Shown: positions 52,486-63,894, numbered from the whole stretch's first letter. The stretch is 63,894 nucleotides of DNA, filler included, from Octopus bimaculoides (GCF_001194135.2; 6 parts of 5 records of this genome joined end to end with filler, not necessarily neighbours in it), one strand, 5' to 3'. The notes: a model not told the origin generated them from the sequence alone. Numbers and translations: made by a program.

Positions 52486-52680
52486 GTGGTTTCACTTGCA
52501 CACAGGGCGCTTGATATTGTGGAAGCAGAACTGAAAATCCGTAACAAAATTTAAGACAACATCATTGCCCGGCAAAGAGAGAAGAGAACAGTTCTTGGAA
52601 CTCCGAGAAAGCTCAGTAAAATTGCTTGAAAATTAAGAATGCCTCCCAAGTCAATTTGTCTTTGGACATCAAATAGAGGT
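52486..52680 (+). mobile_element. Old R4/Dong-like 3' end relic next to (TAA)n
   Basis: VVSLAHRALDIV...QREKRTVLGTPRKLSKIA* aligns positionally with VVIP.I..LGTV...LQKTALLGTARILRKVL of 44377-44664. Confidence 0.5.
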
Positions 52681-53011
52681 ATTACACCAACAGGAACGAC
52701 TGTTAGGTGCACACGACAACAAAAACAACAACAACAACAGTAATAATGTTAATAGCAATAATAATAAACATATAAATGTGTGTAAAACATATAAATGTGT
52801 GTAAAAGTTGAATCTGTCCAGGAAATCTTTATAATTGTGTTTTAACAATGTGGAAGTATAACCCCGTCCACAAACATTGAGACAACACGTATACATACAA
52901 GAACACGCATGCAGACACCCAAATCCCAACACACATGCACACATATATATCAATGGACATCAAATTATATGCATGTATACATGCATATAATTTGTATGTA
53001 TACATGTATAC

Positions 53012-53293
53012 ATACTCTTTTACTTGTTTCAGTCATTTGACTGCGGCCATGCTGAAGCGATGTTGGGGGGGACGAACACAGACACACAAACATACAAACA
53101 CACATACATATATATACATATACATTTATACAACGGGCTTCTTTCAGTTTCCGTCTAACAAATCCACTCACAAGGCTTTGGTCGGCCCGTGGCTATAGTA
53201 GAAGATACTGCCCATGGTGCCACGCAGTGGGACTGAACCCAAAGCCATGTGGTTGGTAAGCAAGCTACTTACCACAAAGCCATTCCTGCGCCT
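53012..53293 (-). mobile_element. SINE family A with internal deletion in the 3' half
   Basis: Intact head at 53135-53293. The tail joins CCATGCTG directly to AAGCGATGTTGGGG. Confidence 0.9.
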
Positions 53294-54015
53294 ATACACA
53301 CAGACACACACACACAGACACACACACAGACACACACACAGACACACACACAGACACACACACATATATATTGTATTATAGAATATTGCATCATTTTAAT
53401 ACTTCTCAATATACACTTTACAACCTCTTATAATCATATAATGCTAATTCTCTTAACTCCTAGCATCAATTTAGACTTCAGAATGCACAACTACCCATTC
53501 TCCTGCCACGTCCTTCCCCTTGATAGTCTCTTGATCCTCCACCGTAATGATCAATGAATTTGTCTGTATTTTGTAACATACCATCCCATCCCATAATAGG
53601 TTTCTTTCACTTTACTGGTTTCTAGAACCCCTCAAGCCAGCATTGGTCTACTTCTATTTAATTGTGATCCCCTTATTGGATTAAACTCATTTCACTATGT
53701 CCCACCCTGCACAACCATACAATTATTGAATACTTCATTATTTCACACCACGCACCTTTTAGTTATGTATTTGAGTGATCCTTGGTTTCCCGTTAGCCCT
53801 TTTCTACGTGCTACTAATATTCTTATTAGGTGTATTAATACTTACATGGGGGATTAACTGTTGCAACTGGCAAATTGATGTACTCATAAATGGGTTATTA
53901 TGATAATATATTGTATATTATAATTGTTTGGGTATATAGACGTGTATACTTGAGTGGACGGGCGATGTGTTCGAGGGTGCATATATGTATGTGAGTGTAC
54001 GTACATGTATATGAA

Positions 54016-54066
<51 letters not shown>

Positions 54067-54750
54067 ATATATATATATATATANNNNNNNNNNNNNNNNN
54101 NNNNNNNNNNNNNNNNNNNNNNNNNNNNNNNNNNNNNNNNNNNNNNNNNNNNNNNNNNNNNNNNNNNNNNNNNNNNNNNNNNNNNNNNNNNNNNNNNNNN
54201 NNNNNNNNNNNNNNNNNNNNNNNNNNNNNNNNNNNNNNNNNNNNNNNNNNNNNNNNNNNNNNNNNNNNNNNNNNNNNNNNNNNNNNNNNNNNNNNNNNNN
54301 NNNNNNNNNNNNNNNNNNNNNNNNNNNNNNNNNNCTATGCATACGCATGTATATGTATGTTAAATTTTTTACATGATTAGTATCCTAAGTGTTTTAGGAT
54401 CCCTTACAACATACATCATTTTCCATTCATTTATTTATTTATCTTACCCCGCATAAAGGTCTCAATTGCTGGCCTTTTGTTTTTAAATTTCAACTAAGCA
54501 ATTACATAATACGGTGGACCTTGGCCTATTTTGTTTCGACAAAAGGTGGAAGGAATTAACTCCCTACCAGTAAAAAAACAAAAATAACACGTAACCGATT
54601 AGCACTTTATTAAGACTAAAACTATCAATTAATATTACAAACATAATTATTATAAATTATTATGATTAATCTAAAACCTTATTGAATCTTCCGTCTTATC
54701 CTGACTAAAACCTATTGGCGTATCCCACTGTTCTTTTTTTTATTGTCCAG

Positions 54751-55116
54751 TACGACGTCGAGGGTTCCAGTTGATCCGATCAACGGAACAGGCTGCTCGT
54801 GAAATTAACGTGCAAGTGGCTGAGCACTCCACAGACACGTGTACCCTTAACGTAGTTCTCAGGGATATTCAGCGTGACACAGTGTGAAAAGGCTGACCCT
54901 TTGAATTACTGGCACAACAGAAACAGGAAGTAAGAGTGAGAGAAAGTTGTAGTGAAAGAGTACAGAAGGGTTCACCACTATCCTCTGCCGGAGCCGCGTG
55001 GAGCTTTAGGTGTTTTCGCTCAATAAACACTCACAACGCCCGGTCTGGGAATCGAAACCGCGATCCCATGACCGCGAGTCCACTGCCCTAACCACTGGGC
55101 CATTTGCGCCTCCACA
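54751..55116 (-). mobile_element. SINE family C
   Basis: Near-identical reverse complement of 59737-60100. Confidence 0.93.
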
Positions 55117-55481
55117 CCCATCCATCCTATAGCCACCGTACAAAGGATTCATCCATCAATTGTTATTTTTGGTTTAGTCATTTATTTATCGTTACAAACC
55201 GATGCGCAAGCATAATAGTATGATTATAGTGATATTCAAATATTCCCTTTTTCTTTTATATTCTCTTCTTCCTTATTTATTCTTCATTCTGAAGAAGCTT
55301 CGAGTTTCATATCAGTTTCATTACCAAATATGATAAATATTTTCGGCATATAAATGGCAATACCATACAACAAAGAAAGCAGAAACAAATGTTGGATGGG
55401 ATGGAGTCTATTTGTACTGAATTAAATAATAATTGATGTAAGTCAATTGTAGTTCATCGATATTTCATCAGTTTCTATACA

Positions 55482-55515
<34 letters not shown>

Positions 55516-55643
55516 NNNNNNNNNNNNNNNNNNNNNNNNNNNNNNNNNNNNNNNNNNNNTTAATTAATTAANNNNNNNNNNNNNNNNNNNNNNNNNNNNN
55601 NNNNNNNNNNNNNNNTTTTTTTTTTTCATATTGTGCGTCTGTA

Positions 55644-55644
<1 letters not shown>

Positions 55645-55719
<75 letters not shown>

Positions 55720-55936
55720 ATTATTATTATTATCATTATCATCATCATCATCATCATTATTATTCTTATTAACTTCATCATCATCATCATCATTTTTATT
55801 ATTATTATCGTTATTAAAATTATTGTTGTTGTTGTTGTTGTTGTTATTATCATCATCATCATCATCATTATTCTTATTATAATTTTTATCATCTTCATCA
55901 TCATCATCATCATCATCATCGTCGTCATCATCATTA

Positions 55937-55977
<41 letters not shown>

Positions 55978-56041
55978 GAGTGAAATATATAATTACTAGC
56001 TAATCATTCTAAAATAATTGTTTTTTCCCCACCGGCATCAG

Positions 56042-56082
<41 letters not shown>
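55645..56082. repeat. (TTA)/(GTT)/(CAT) trinucleotide mosaic
   Basis: Directly visible. Confidence 0.93.
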
Positions 56083-56083
<1 letters not shown>

Positions 56084-56204
56084 CATTTTCCAATTTTTTT
56101 TTCCCGCCTGACACATACACTCATACACACGCACACACACACACACACGCACACACACACACACATACACACACACACAGATATCCTACACTGGCGTGTT
56201 ATAA

Positions 56205-56412
56205 ACAGGTGGAGCTATCAGCCAGCTAATACGAAAGTTACAAATACAAGCTATAAGCGGAACAGTAAAAATATGCAAGACTTTTCTCAATTTGAAAATG
56301 TGAATTTAATTTGATTTTATTATGTACATTCCAACGATAAAACTTTATATCTATGTTAGAAACCAATTCCTACCAGACAGTGAAACATCGAATTGTTAAA
56401 ACTGAAGAGAAC
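56205..56412 (+). mobile_element. RLE-type non-LTR retrotransposon 3' end, copy A
   Basis: QLIRKLQIQAISGTVKICKTFLNLKM* plus 3' UTR with TTCCAACGA...GTTAGAAACC, followed by (CATC)n. Confidence 0.75.
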
Positions 56413-56513
56413 ATTCATCCATCCATCCATCCATCCATCCATCCATCCATCCATCCATCCATCCATCCATCCATCCATACATCCATATATATACATAGCT
56501 TCATACATACATA

Positions 56514-56765
56514 CATAACTGGTGCACTTGTGAGTAAATGCCTCACAGACAAGATGATTTAGGATTTTCAGAAAAAGAAATGAACCAACTAACTTGCAGA
56601 TTACAAAGACACTCACTAAGTGGAACAGTAAAAACATGCAAGACATTTGTCAAGTTTATTGTGGCGTTTTAGTTATCTACATTCAAATGATGGCGCTTTG
56701 TATCTTTGTTAGAAACCAAGCCCTTTATCGAAAGAAGACTTTAAACAGTTATAAGTAGAAACGAA
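56514..56765 (+). mobile_element. RLE-type non-LTR retrotransposon 3' end, copy B
   Basis: ITGAL...[36 protein letters not shown] plus TTCAAATGA...GTTAGAAACC. Flanked by (CATA)n. Confidence 0.75.
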
Positions 56766-56807
56766 CATACATACATACATACATACATACATACATACAT
56801 ACATAAA

Positions 56808-57385
56808 TATGATATAATGATTTGTGATAGAGAAGAGAAACTGTGCACAGTTGTGGAAATTAGCTACGCAGCGGATGTTAACATAAAGCTGAAGATCAGT
56901 GGAAAAGAGAACACCTATGCTGAACTATGGAGAAACCTGTGATTACTCTATTCAGATAACAAGTTAAGGTTTATGCCTGTAATTATTGGGGCCCCGGGAT
57001 ATGTAACACATCGCCTAAATACCAATCTTGAGAAATTAGGCTTCTCAAAAGCAAGAAAGGAGAAAGCTAATTCGAATACTACAGATTCAATCCATCACTG
57101 GAACTTTAAAAATCTGTAAAACTTTCCAGAAGTTTATCATTTAAATATATATGAGCATGTCTACATATGTAACTATATGCATGAGAATACATACATAAAG
57201 CAAAACATACAAATCTGCACACATACATACATACATACATACATACATACATACATACATACATACAAACAAACAAAGATACCCTGTTGCTGATGTTGAA
57301 ATTCCAACGAAGGAGACTTGAATCTAGGTTAGAAACCGGCTCATTCTCTATTGGCAAGAAATCTTGAAATAAAACTAAACAATAG
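56808..57385 (+). mobile_element. RLE-type non-LTR retrotransposon 3' end, copy C (longest)
   Basis: DIMICDREEKLCTVVEIS..ADVN...KENTYAEL..L...FMPVIIGAPGYV...LGFS..RKLIRILQIQSITGTLKICKTFQKFII*, i.e. (P)D..E..K..Y restriction-like endonuclease motifs. 3' UTR ends ...GAAATAAAACT. Confidence 0.85.
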
Positions 57386-57527
57386 CATACGTACATACAT
57401 ACAGATTTACAGACTGACAGTGAGACAAAAATACATACACACACGCACACACGCATGCACACACACACACACACACACACATACATACATACATACATAC
57501 ATACATACATACATACATACATAAATA

Positions 57528-57630
57528 CAAAGATACCCTGTTGTTGATGTTGAAATTCCGATGAAGGAGCCTTGGATCTAGGTTAGTCTTTCTCTGTTGG
57601 CAAGAAATCCTGAAATAAAATTGAATAATG
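57528..57630 (+). mobile_element. RLE-type element 3' UTR only, copy D
   Basis: GATACCCTGTTG.TGATGTTGAAATTCC.A.GAAGGAG.CTTG.ATCTAGGTTAG closely matches 57278-57380. Confidence 0.85.
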
Positions 57631-57643
57631 ACATACATACATT

Positions 57644-57715
57644 ACAAATGTAATTAATAAGTGGAACAGCAGGAATATTCAATTCTTTTCTCAAGTTTAG
57701 AGTATGAAGTTGTAT
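57644..57715 (+). mobile_element. RLE-type element 3' end, copy E (runs into gap)
   Basis: LQM*LISGTAGIFNSFLKFRV* is homologous to the C-terminus of copies A-C. Confidence 0.55.
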
Positions 57716-58844
57716 NNNNNNNNNNNNNNNNNNNNNNNNNNNNNNNNNNNNNNNNNNNNNNNNNNNNNNNNNNNNNNNNNNNNNNNNNNNNNNNNNNNNN
57801 NNNNNNNNNNNNNNNNNNNNNNNNNNNNNNNNNNNNNNNNNNNNNNNNNNNNNNNNNNNNNNNNNNNNNNNNNNNNNNNNNNNNNNNNNNNNNNNNNNNN
57901 NNNNNNNNNNNNNNNNNNNNNNNNNNNNNNNNNNNNNNNNNNNNNNNNNNNNNNNNNNNNNNNNNNNNNNNNNNNNNNNNNNNNNNNNNNNNNNNNNNNN
58001 NNNNNNNNNNNNNNNNNNNNNNNNNNNNNNNNNNNNNNNNNNNNNNNNNNNNNNNNNNNNNNNNNNNNNNNGTTTAATCTTGTAGACTGAAACCGAAAAA
58101 GCATAAACATGAAAATATATGGATGAGATATAGCAACGAAGACAGGAAAACAGAAGGAAGCTATCAATCTTTTACGATAAAAAGTAAACAACATGACAAC
58201 ACTAGTATGATGTTAAAAGCTAAAAGGAAAAAAAAAATGAATGAACAATTACGTGTTTGGATGTCGTACAGGATTATATAATGGAAAGAAGAGAAATTGG
58301 TGTGTTTGATAATGGAACTGAACTGAGAAAGAAATATAATAGGCCAAGCTATAAGAGAAGCAGTTGCAAGGTGAAATCGAGCTCTTGAGGAAAGAGTAGA
58401 ATGAGATTGAGAAAAGACAGTATAGAGAAGAAAGAAATGTGAGTCGCAAAGAAAGACTGGGTAAGGTTACAGTAATTTAATCAGCATAGTAACGTGTAAG
58501 AAAGTGAGGCTCTGTATGTTAGTATTACAATTAAAAGGAATTTGTTGGAAATAATGAGAAAAATCAACATGCTATTCAAATCAAACAATACCCATATTCA
58601 GCTGTCTTGCTAGGGATTTCAGTGGTTTCGATGTGCTGATACTTCACATATTCTTTTAATACACATTGGGACAGATTGTAGATCACAGTTCTCATTTGCT
58701 CGTTCTCTGCTGAATATTACCGTTGGACCCAACTGCGGAAGTTCCACCTATTTATAATACTCCAGTGTAGGACATCTGTGTGTGCGTGCTCGCCAACGGT
58801 TTCGAATCAATTGTATGTATGTATGTATGTATGTATGTGTGTGT

Positions 58845-58882
<38 letters not shown>

Positions 58883-59114
58883 ATGAATGGATGGCTGGAT
58901 GGACGGATGGATGTTTGTATGTGTATCTCTTTATATATTAAAATTAAAATGAACTCCACACAGCAAAAAATATTTCACGTGTTCAAAAGAATTAAATGAA
59001 GAATACAGTATATTCTCGACTTGTGTCTTGATATATTAAATATTGCATAAGCAGATATATTTAACACAAGAAAAATGAACCATCATCACGCATATCGAAA
59101 TATATGTAAGAACA

Positions 59115-59490
59115 GGGCGGCGAACTGGCAGAATCGTTAGTATGCCGGGTGAAATGCTTAGCGGTATTTCGTCTGCCGTGACGTTCTGAGTTCAAATTCC
59201 GCCGAGGTCGACTTTGCCTTTCATCCTTTCGGGGTCGATAAATTAAGTACCAGTTACGCACTGGAGTCGATGTAATCGACTTAATCCCTTTGTCTGTCCT
59301 TGTTTGTCCCCTCTATGTTTAGCCCCTTGTGGGCAATAAAGAAACAAGAAACGTTAGCACGCCGGGCGAAATGCTTAGCGGTATTTCGTCTGCCGTTACG
59401 TTCTGAGTTCGATGTCATCGACTTAATCCTTTTGTCTGTCCTTGTTTGTCCCTTCTATGTTTAGCCCCCTGTAGGCAATAAAGAAATAAA
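59115..59490 (+). mobile_element. SINE family B, full copy plus a tandem, internally deleted second copy
   Basis: Copy 1 at 59115-59345 has A-box TGGCAGAATCG and B-box GAGTTCAAATTCC. Copy 2 at about 59347-59490 joins CTGAGTTC to GATGTCATCGAC. Confidence 0.92.
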
Positions 59491-59736
59491 TATATATAAG
59501 CACATAAAGAAGTATCGTGTACCCGCGAAATATCTGTAGCTGTAGTCATCTGAGGTTTAATACAAACAGACTATAAAATGAAATGTTGTTCGTAATGTAT
59601 ACAATTTATAAGCAATATAAAGAAGTGCAAAAGGCTCTTATTTATGTACAATCTGCGTTTAAAATCACTTCATAGAAAACAAGAATGATAGTAAAATAAC
59701 CTGAAATCAAATTATGCTGCGTGCATTGTTAAATTC

Positions 59737-60119
59737 GTGGAGGCGCAATGGCCTAATGGTTAGGGCAGCGGACTCGCGGTCATAGGATCGCGGTTTCGAT
59801 TCCCAGACCGGGCGTTGTGAGTGTTTATTGAGCGAAAACACCTAAAGCTCCACGAGGCTCCGGCAGGGGATGGTGGCGAACCCAGCTGTACTCTTTCACC
59901 ACAACTTTCTCTCACTCTTACTTTCTGTTTCTGTTGTGCCTGTAATTCAAAGGGTCAGCCTTGTCACACTGTGTCACGCTGAATATCCCCGAGAACTACG
60001 TTAAGGGTACACGTGTCTGTGGAGTGCTCAGCCACATGCACGTTAATTTCACGAGCAGACTGTTCCGTTGATCGGATCAACTGGAACCCTCAACGTCGTA
60101 AGCGACGGAGTGCCAACAA
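59737..60119 (+). mobile_element. SINE family C, full length, with 12-bp target-site duplication
   Basis: A-box TGGCCTAATGG, B-box GTTTCGATTCC. TSD ATTGTTAAATTC at 59725-59736 and 60120-60131. Confidence 0.95.
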
Positions 60120-60344
60120 ATTGTTAAATTCACGATGAAATAAATTTCTTAGAGTGATAAGATATATTTTATGTGTAAAGGTATTTAGAATGGACCCAAT
60201 AGCTGAAATATATATCGGAGATGCTTTGCCCCATGCAGACGCTGCAGTAGCTACTCAAAGATGTCGCTTGCTCTTTTTCTGAATCCATCACGATGACGGA
60301 AACCCTTCCGTATCATCAGTCGGTATTTCACGGTCGTGGAAGTT

Positions 60345-60580
60345 TGTGGATTTGTGGTTAGGGTGTTGGATTTATGATCGTAAGATTGTGGTCTCGATTC
60401 CCGAACCGGGTGACACCTTGTATTCTTAAGCAAAGACTCTTCATTTCACGTTGCTCCAGTCCACTCAGCTGGCAAGAGGGAGTAATCCTAACCCTGCGCC
60501 GGACCAGGTGGGGAATATATAAGCCATGGAAACCGGGATACCGGCCCTATGAGTATATGTGACTCAAGAAGGAACTTTAC
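60345..60580 (+). mobile_element. SINE family E
   Basis: GTGGTTAGGGTGTTGGA..ATGATCGTAAGATTGTGGTCTCGATTCCC head; body shared with 4900-5432. Confidence 0.8.
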
Positions 60581-61077
60581 GATCGGTCCCTCAGTAGCCG
60601 TCTACAATAGGGAATGAAGCCACTTGCTATCCATTCATAAGTGCCTCGTCCGCAAAGTCCTGATAACTGGTTTTCTAGCAGGTGTCTCAGGTTCACGGGC
60701 ACTTCATTCCTTATCTTGTACGCTTCACTTGAGTGGAGCAACGAGGACTAAATTATCCATTGTTTTAGGAAGGATCCTACGTCTGGTTTTTTATAAGCCA
60801 CAGTAATCTTGAGCTTGTTTTATCTCTCGGTGCATTTTTTTCAGTTGCCTCTGTTTCGGACCAATCTTCTGCAGGAATAGCGCACCCATCTAGCTGGAAA
60901 ACGCGGCAACCGACTTCATTAAAGAATGAACAGTTGTGACATCCCAGGACATAAGCCTCGTTAATTAAGCCTTAATATTTGTTTTACTGTAGCCGGTGAG
61001 AAATGTAGAGTCTTCCCTCCTGGGGTAAAATATTACCGAAATCCAAATACTAGTTTAATATCTCATAATTAAATTAG

Positions 61078-61263
61078 GGTGGCGAGCCGGTAGAACCTTT
61101 AGAACGACGAGCAAGGTGCTTAGTAGCATTTCGTCCTTCTTTACATTCTCAGATGAAATTCGGCCGAGATCGAATTTGTTTTTCATCCATTTCGTGGTCG
61201 CTAAAAAATAAGTGCCATTTCAACACGGAATTTTTGGCCTTGTGCCAAAATATGTAACTAATA
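61078..61263 (+). mobile_element. SINE family B, diverged
   Basis: GGTGGCGAGCCGGTAGAA head, TTTCATCC..TTCG.GGTCG core, GGCCTTGTGCCAAAAT tail. Confidence 0.7.
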
Positions 61264-61273
61264 TCTCACCATC

Positions 61274-61477
61274 AAATGCATTTGGCACACTAAAATAGGA
61301 CTCTTGTCATACACAGAATATATTAAATACATTTGGTATACTAAAATAGTACTCTCGTCATACACAGAATATATTAAATGCATTTGGTACTCTAAAATAG
61401 GACTCTCATCATACACAGAATATATTAAATGCATTTGGTACACTAAAATAGGACTCTCATCATACACAGAACATATT
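61274..61477. repeat. Four copies of a 51-bp minisatellite
   Basis: Units start at 61274, 61325, 61376 and 61427 (AAATGCATTTGGTACACTAAAATAGGACTCTCATCATACACAGAATATATT). Confidence 0.95.
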
Positions 61478-62355
61478 CATCTAAGCATTAGTATATATTT
61501 TTGCGCGCATGCATGTTTGGGTTCAGTTGTGCTTGTGTGCTGTTTTTACTTCACTTGAAAAAATCTAGGTTGACTGTGACTTCAAGCGTTCGCCGGCAAC
61601 TATTCGTCAGTGTGTACCAAAGATACCTGTTGCTTTTAATTAAAGAAACAACGCTAACTTTAAAAGTGTGTACGTGGGATCATGCGATCATGCGTTTATG
61701 TGCGTGCGAGTGTACACACGAAAAGTCCATATATATATATATANNNNNNNNNNNNNNNNNNNNNNNNNNNNNNNNNNNNNNNNNNNNTTAATTAATTAAN
61801 NNNNNNNNNNNNNNNNNNNNNNNNNNNNNNNNNNNNNNNNNNNCGTTTATTTATATATTTCTTGTAGTAATTGTGGAAGTGGTTATCGTTGTTATAATAA
61901 ATAACATCGGGAAATTTCTCTGGTGCACCTTCTGCATGAAAGTTTTATAGTTAAGTCCAGGCGAACATATCCGAGAAAATGAAACGAAAATAATTTTGAT
62001 GTATTTTCGTTAATTGAAGCCAGAACGGTAATGAGAGAAAAATCGGCACAGTGCTAATGAACATTCAGTGTCGGAAGGAGTAAAGGGACAGAATTCCTGA
62101 AACTACCAAACAAGAAGAGGTGGAGCAGGAGTCATTACTACTGTGTTGTGGTTATAAATATTGTTGTTATTGTTGGTGTTGGTGTTTTCGCTGATGCGGA
62201 TGGGAGCCGAAGACAGTTGGAATGTCAATCTGCAAATCAACAATTATTCGCTTATGTATGTATGTATGTATGTATGTATGTATATACATACATACTTACA
62301 TACACCTATATATATGTATATATATACATACATATATATAAACATACATACATAC

Positions 62356-62389
<34 letters not shown>

Positions 62390-63894
62390 GTACATATATA
62401 CATACAATTATATGTCTCAGTGTGTGCGTATAATAGCTTTTGTTTTGTTTCAGTCATTGAACAACGGATATATTTGTGTATGTATGTATATATATATATA
62501 TATATATATAATATGATATATATATATATATATATATATATANNNNNNNNNNNNNNNNNNNNNNNNNNNNNNNNNNNNNNNNNNNNNNNNNNNNNNNNNN
62601 NNNNNNNNNNNNNNNNNNNNNNNNNNNNNNNNNNNNNNNNNNNNNNNNNNNNNNNNNNNNNNNNNNNNNNNNNNNNNNNNNNNNNNNNNNNNNNNNNNNN
62701 NNNNNNNNNNNNNNNNNNNNNNNNNNNNNNNNNNNNNNNNNNNNNNNNNNNNNNNNNNNNNNNNNNNNNNNNNNNNNNNNNNNNNNNNNNNNNNNNNNNN
62801 NNNNNNNNNNNNNNNNNNNNNNNNNNNNNNNNNNNNNNNNNNNNNNNNNNNNNNNNNNNNNNNNNNNNNNNNNNNNNNNNNNNNNNNNNNNNNNNNNNNN
62901 NNNNNNNNNNNNNNNNNNNNNNNNNNNNNNNNNNNNNNNNNNNNNNNNNNNNNNNNNNNNNNNNNNNNNNNNNNNNNNNNNNNNNNNNNNNNNNNNNNNN
63001 NNNNNNNNNNNNNNNNNNNNNNNNNNNNNNNNNNNNNNNNNNNNNNNNNNNNNNNNNNNNNNNNNNNNNNNNNNNNNNNNNNNNNNNNNNNNNNNNNNNN
63101 NNNNNNNNNNNNNNNNNNNNNNNNNNNNNNNNNNNNNNNNNNNNNNNNNNNNNNNNNNNNNNNNNNNNNNNNNNNNNNNNNNNNNNNNNNNNNNNNNNNN
63201 NNNNNNNNNNNNNNNNNNNNNNNNNNNNNNNNNNNNNNNNNNNNNNNNNNNNNNNNNNNNNNNATATATATATATATATATAAATGTATGTGCATACATG
63301 TCCATTCATAATTATGTATATGCAATTTTGTGTGTGCATATGTGAATGTGTGAATGTATGTGTGTGTTGTGGTGTGTGTGTGTGTGTCTGTACAACAAAA
63401 CCGCAACATCAATATAGCAATATTATGAGACATTCACAACAACAGCAGCAACTACAAGAAAAAAACAACTCAAAAAAAGAGTTAAAAAACAAGCAAATCT
63501 GAAGTCGAACCTTAACTAGAAAGAATAAGAAAATTAAGAAAAGAAGAGAGGGTTGGGACAGAACCCTATATAGCCATTAAAGGGATGATAGACATCCCCC
63601 CACCGCCATTAAATAGGGGACAAAACCCCATAACTCCATTAAAAACGCAAAATATATAAGAATGTTGGCTTTTTGCAAATGTTCCTTTTTTATGTTTCTA
63701 TATCGAATAATATCAAATATGATGTGTATTGAAACACACGTACTTATACATACATACATACATACATACATACATACATACATACACACATACATACATA
63801 CATACATACACGTATATATGTAGCTAGATATAAATATGTATACATGTGTGTGTGTGTGTGTATATACATATATACATACATACATATATATATA

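Noticed and set aside
59737-59810. tRNA-like sequences as tRNA genes (also 45913, 40505, 59115)
   Set aside because: A/B boxes are present, but they lack a complete cloverleaf and run into multi-copy SINE bodies.
60291-60320. Hairpin with CTGATGA on the minus strand as a hammerhead
   Set aside because: No GAAA or UH after the stem.

Overview
AT-rich, repeat-dominated eukaryotic DNA with many assembly gaps. The microsatellite density and SINE families look like an octopus (coleoid cephalopod) genome; this is recalled, not database-checked. Almost all ORFs in the supplied track are microsatellite or N-gap artefacts. The only convincing host-type coding locus is an apparently intronless rhodopsin-class (FMRFamide-receptor-like) GPCR at 51398-52293 (-), split by one frameshift near the end of TM5. 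The rest is transposon debris: four tRNA-head SINE families, several Tc1/mariner fragments, a decayed pogo (POGK-like) element, MITEs, three Penelope-like fragments, RTE and Tx1/L1 LINE ends, and 3' ends of restriction-like-endonuclease (R4/Dong-type) retrotransposons. The most distinctive patterns are: (i) a head-to-tail stack of five divergent RLE retrotransposon 3' ends separated by (CATA)n/(CATC)n at about 56.2-57.7 kb, plus two Dong-like ends in (TAA)n, suggesting microsatellite-targeted insertion; (ii) a minimal type I hammerhead motif beside a 152-bp tandem array at about 49.3-50.0 kb; (iii) the atypical frameshifted GPCR. Five 100-bp gaps carry an artificial TTAATTAATTAA linker, so adjacency across them is uncertain. 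I see no firm evidence for a wholly new biological system; the candidates below need database and read-level checks.
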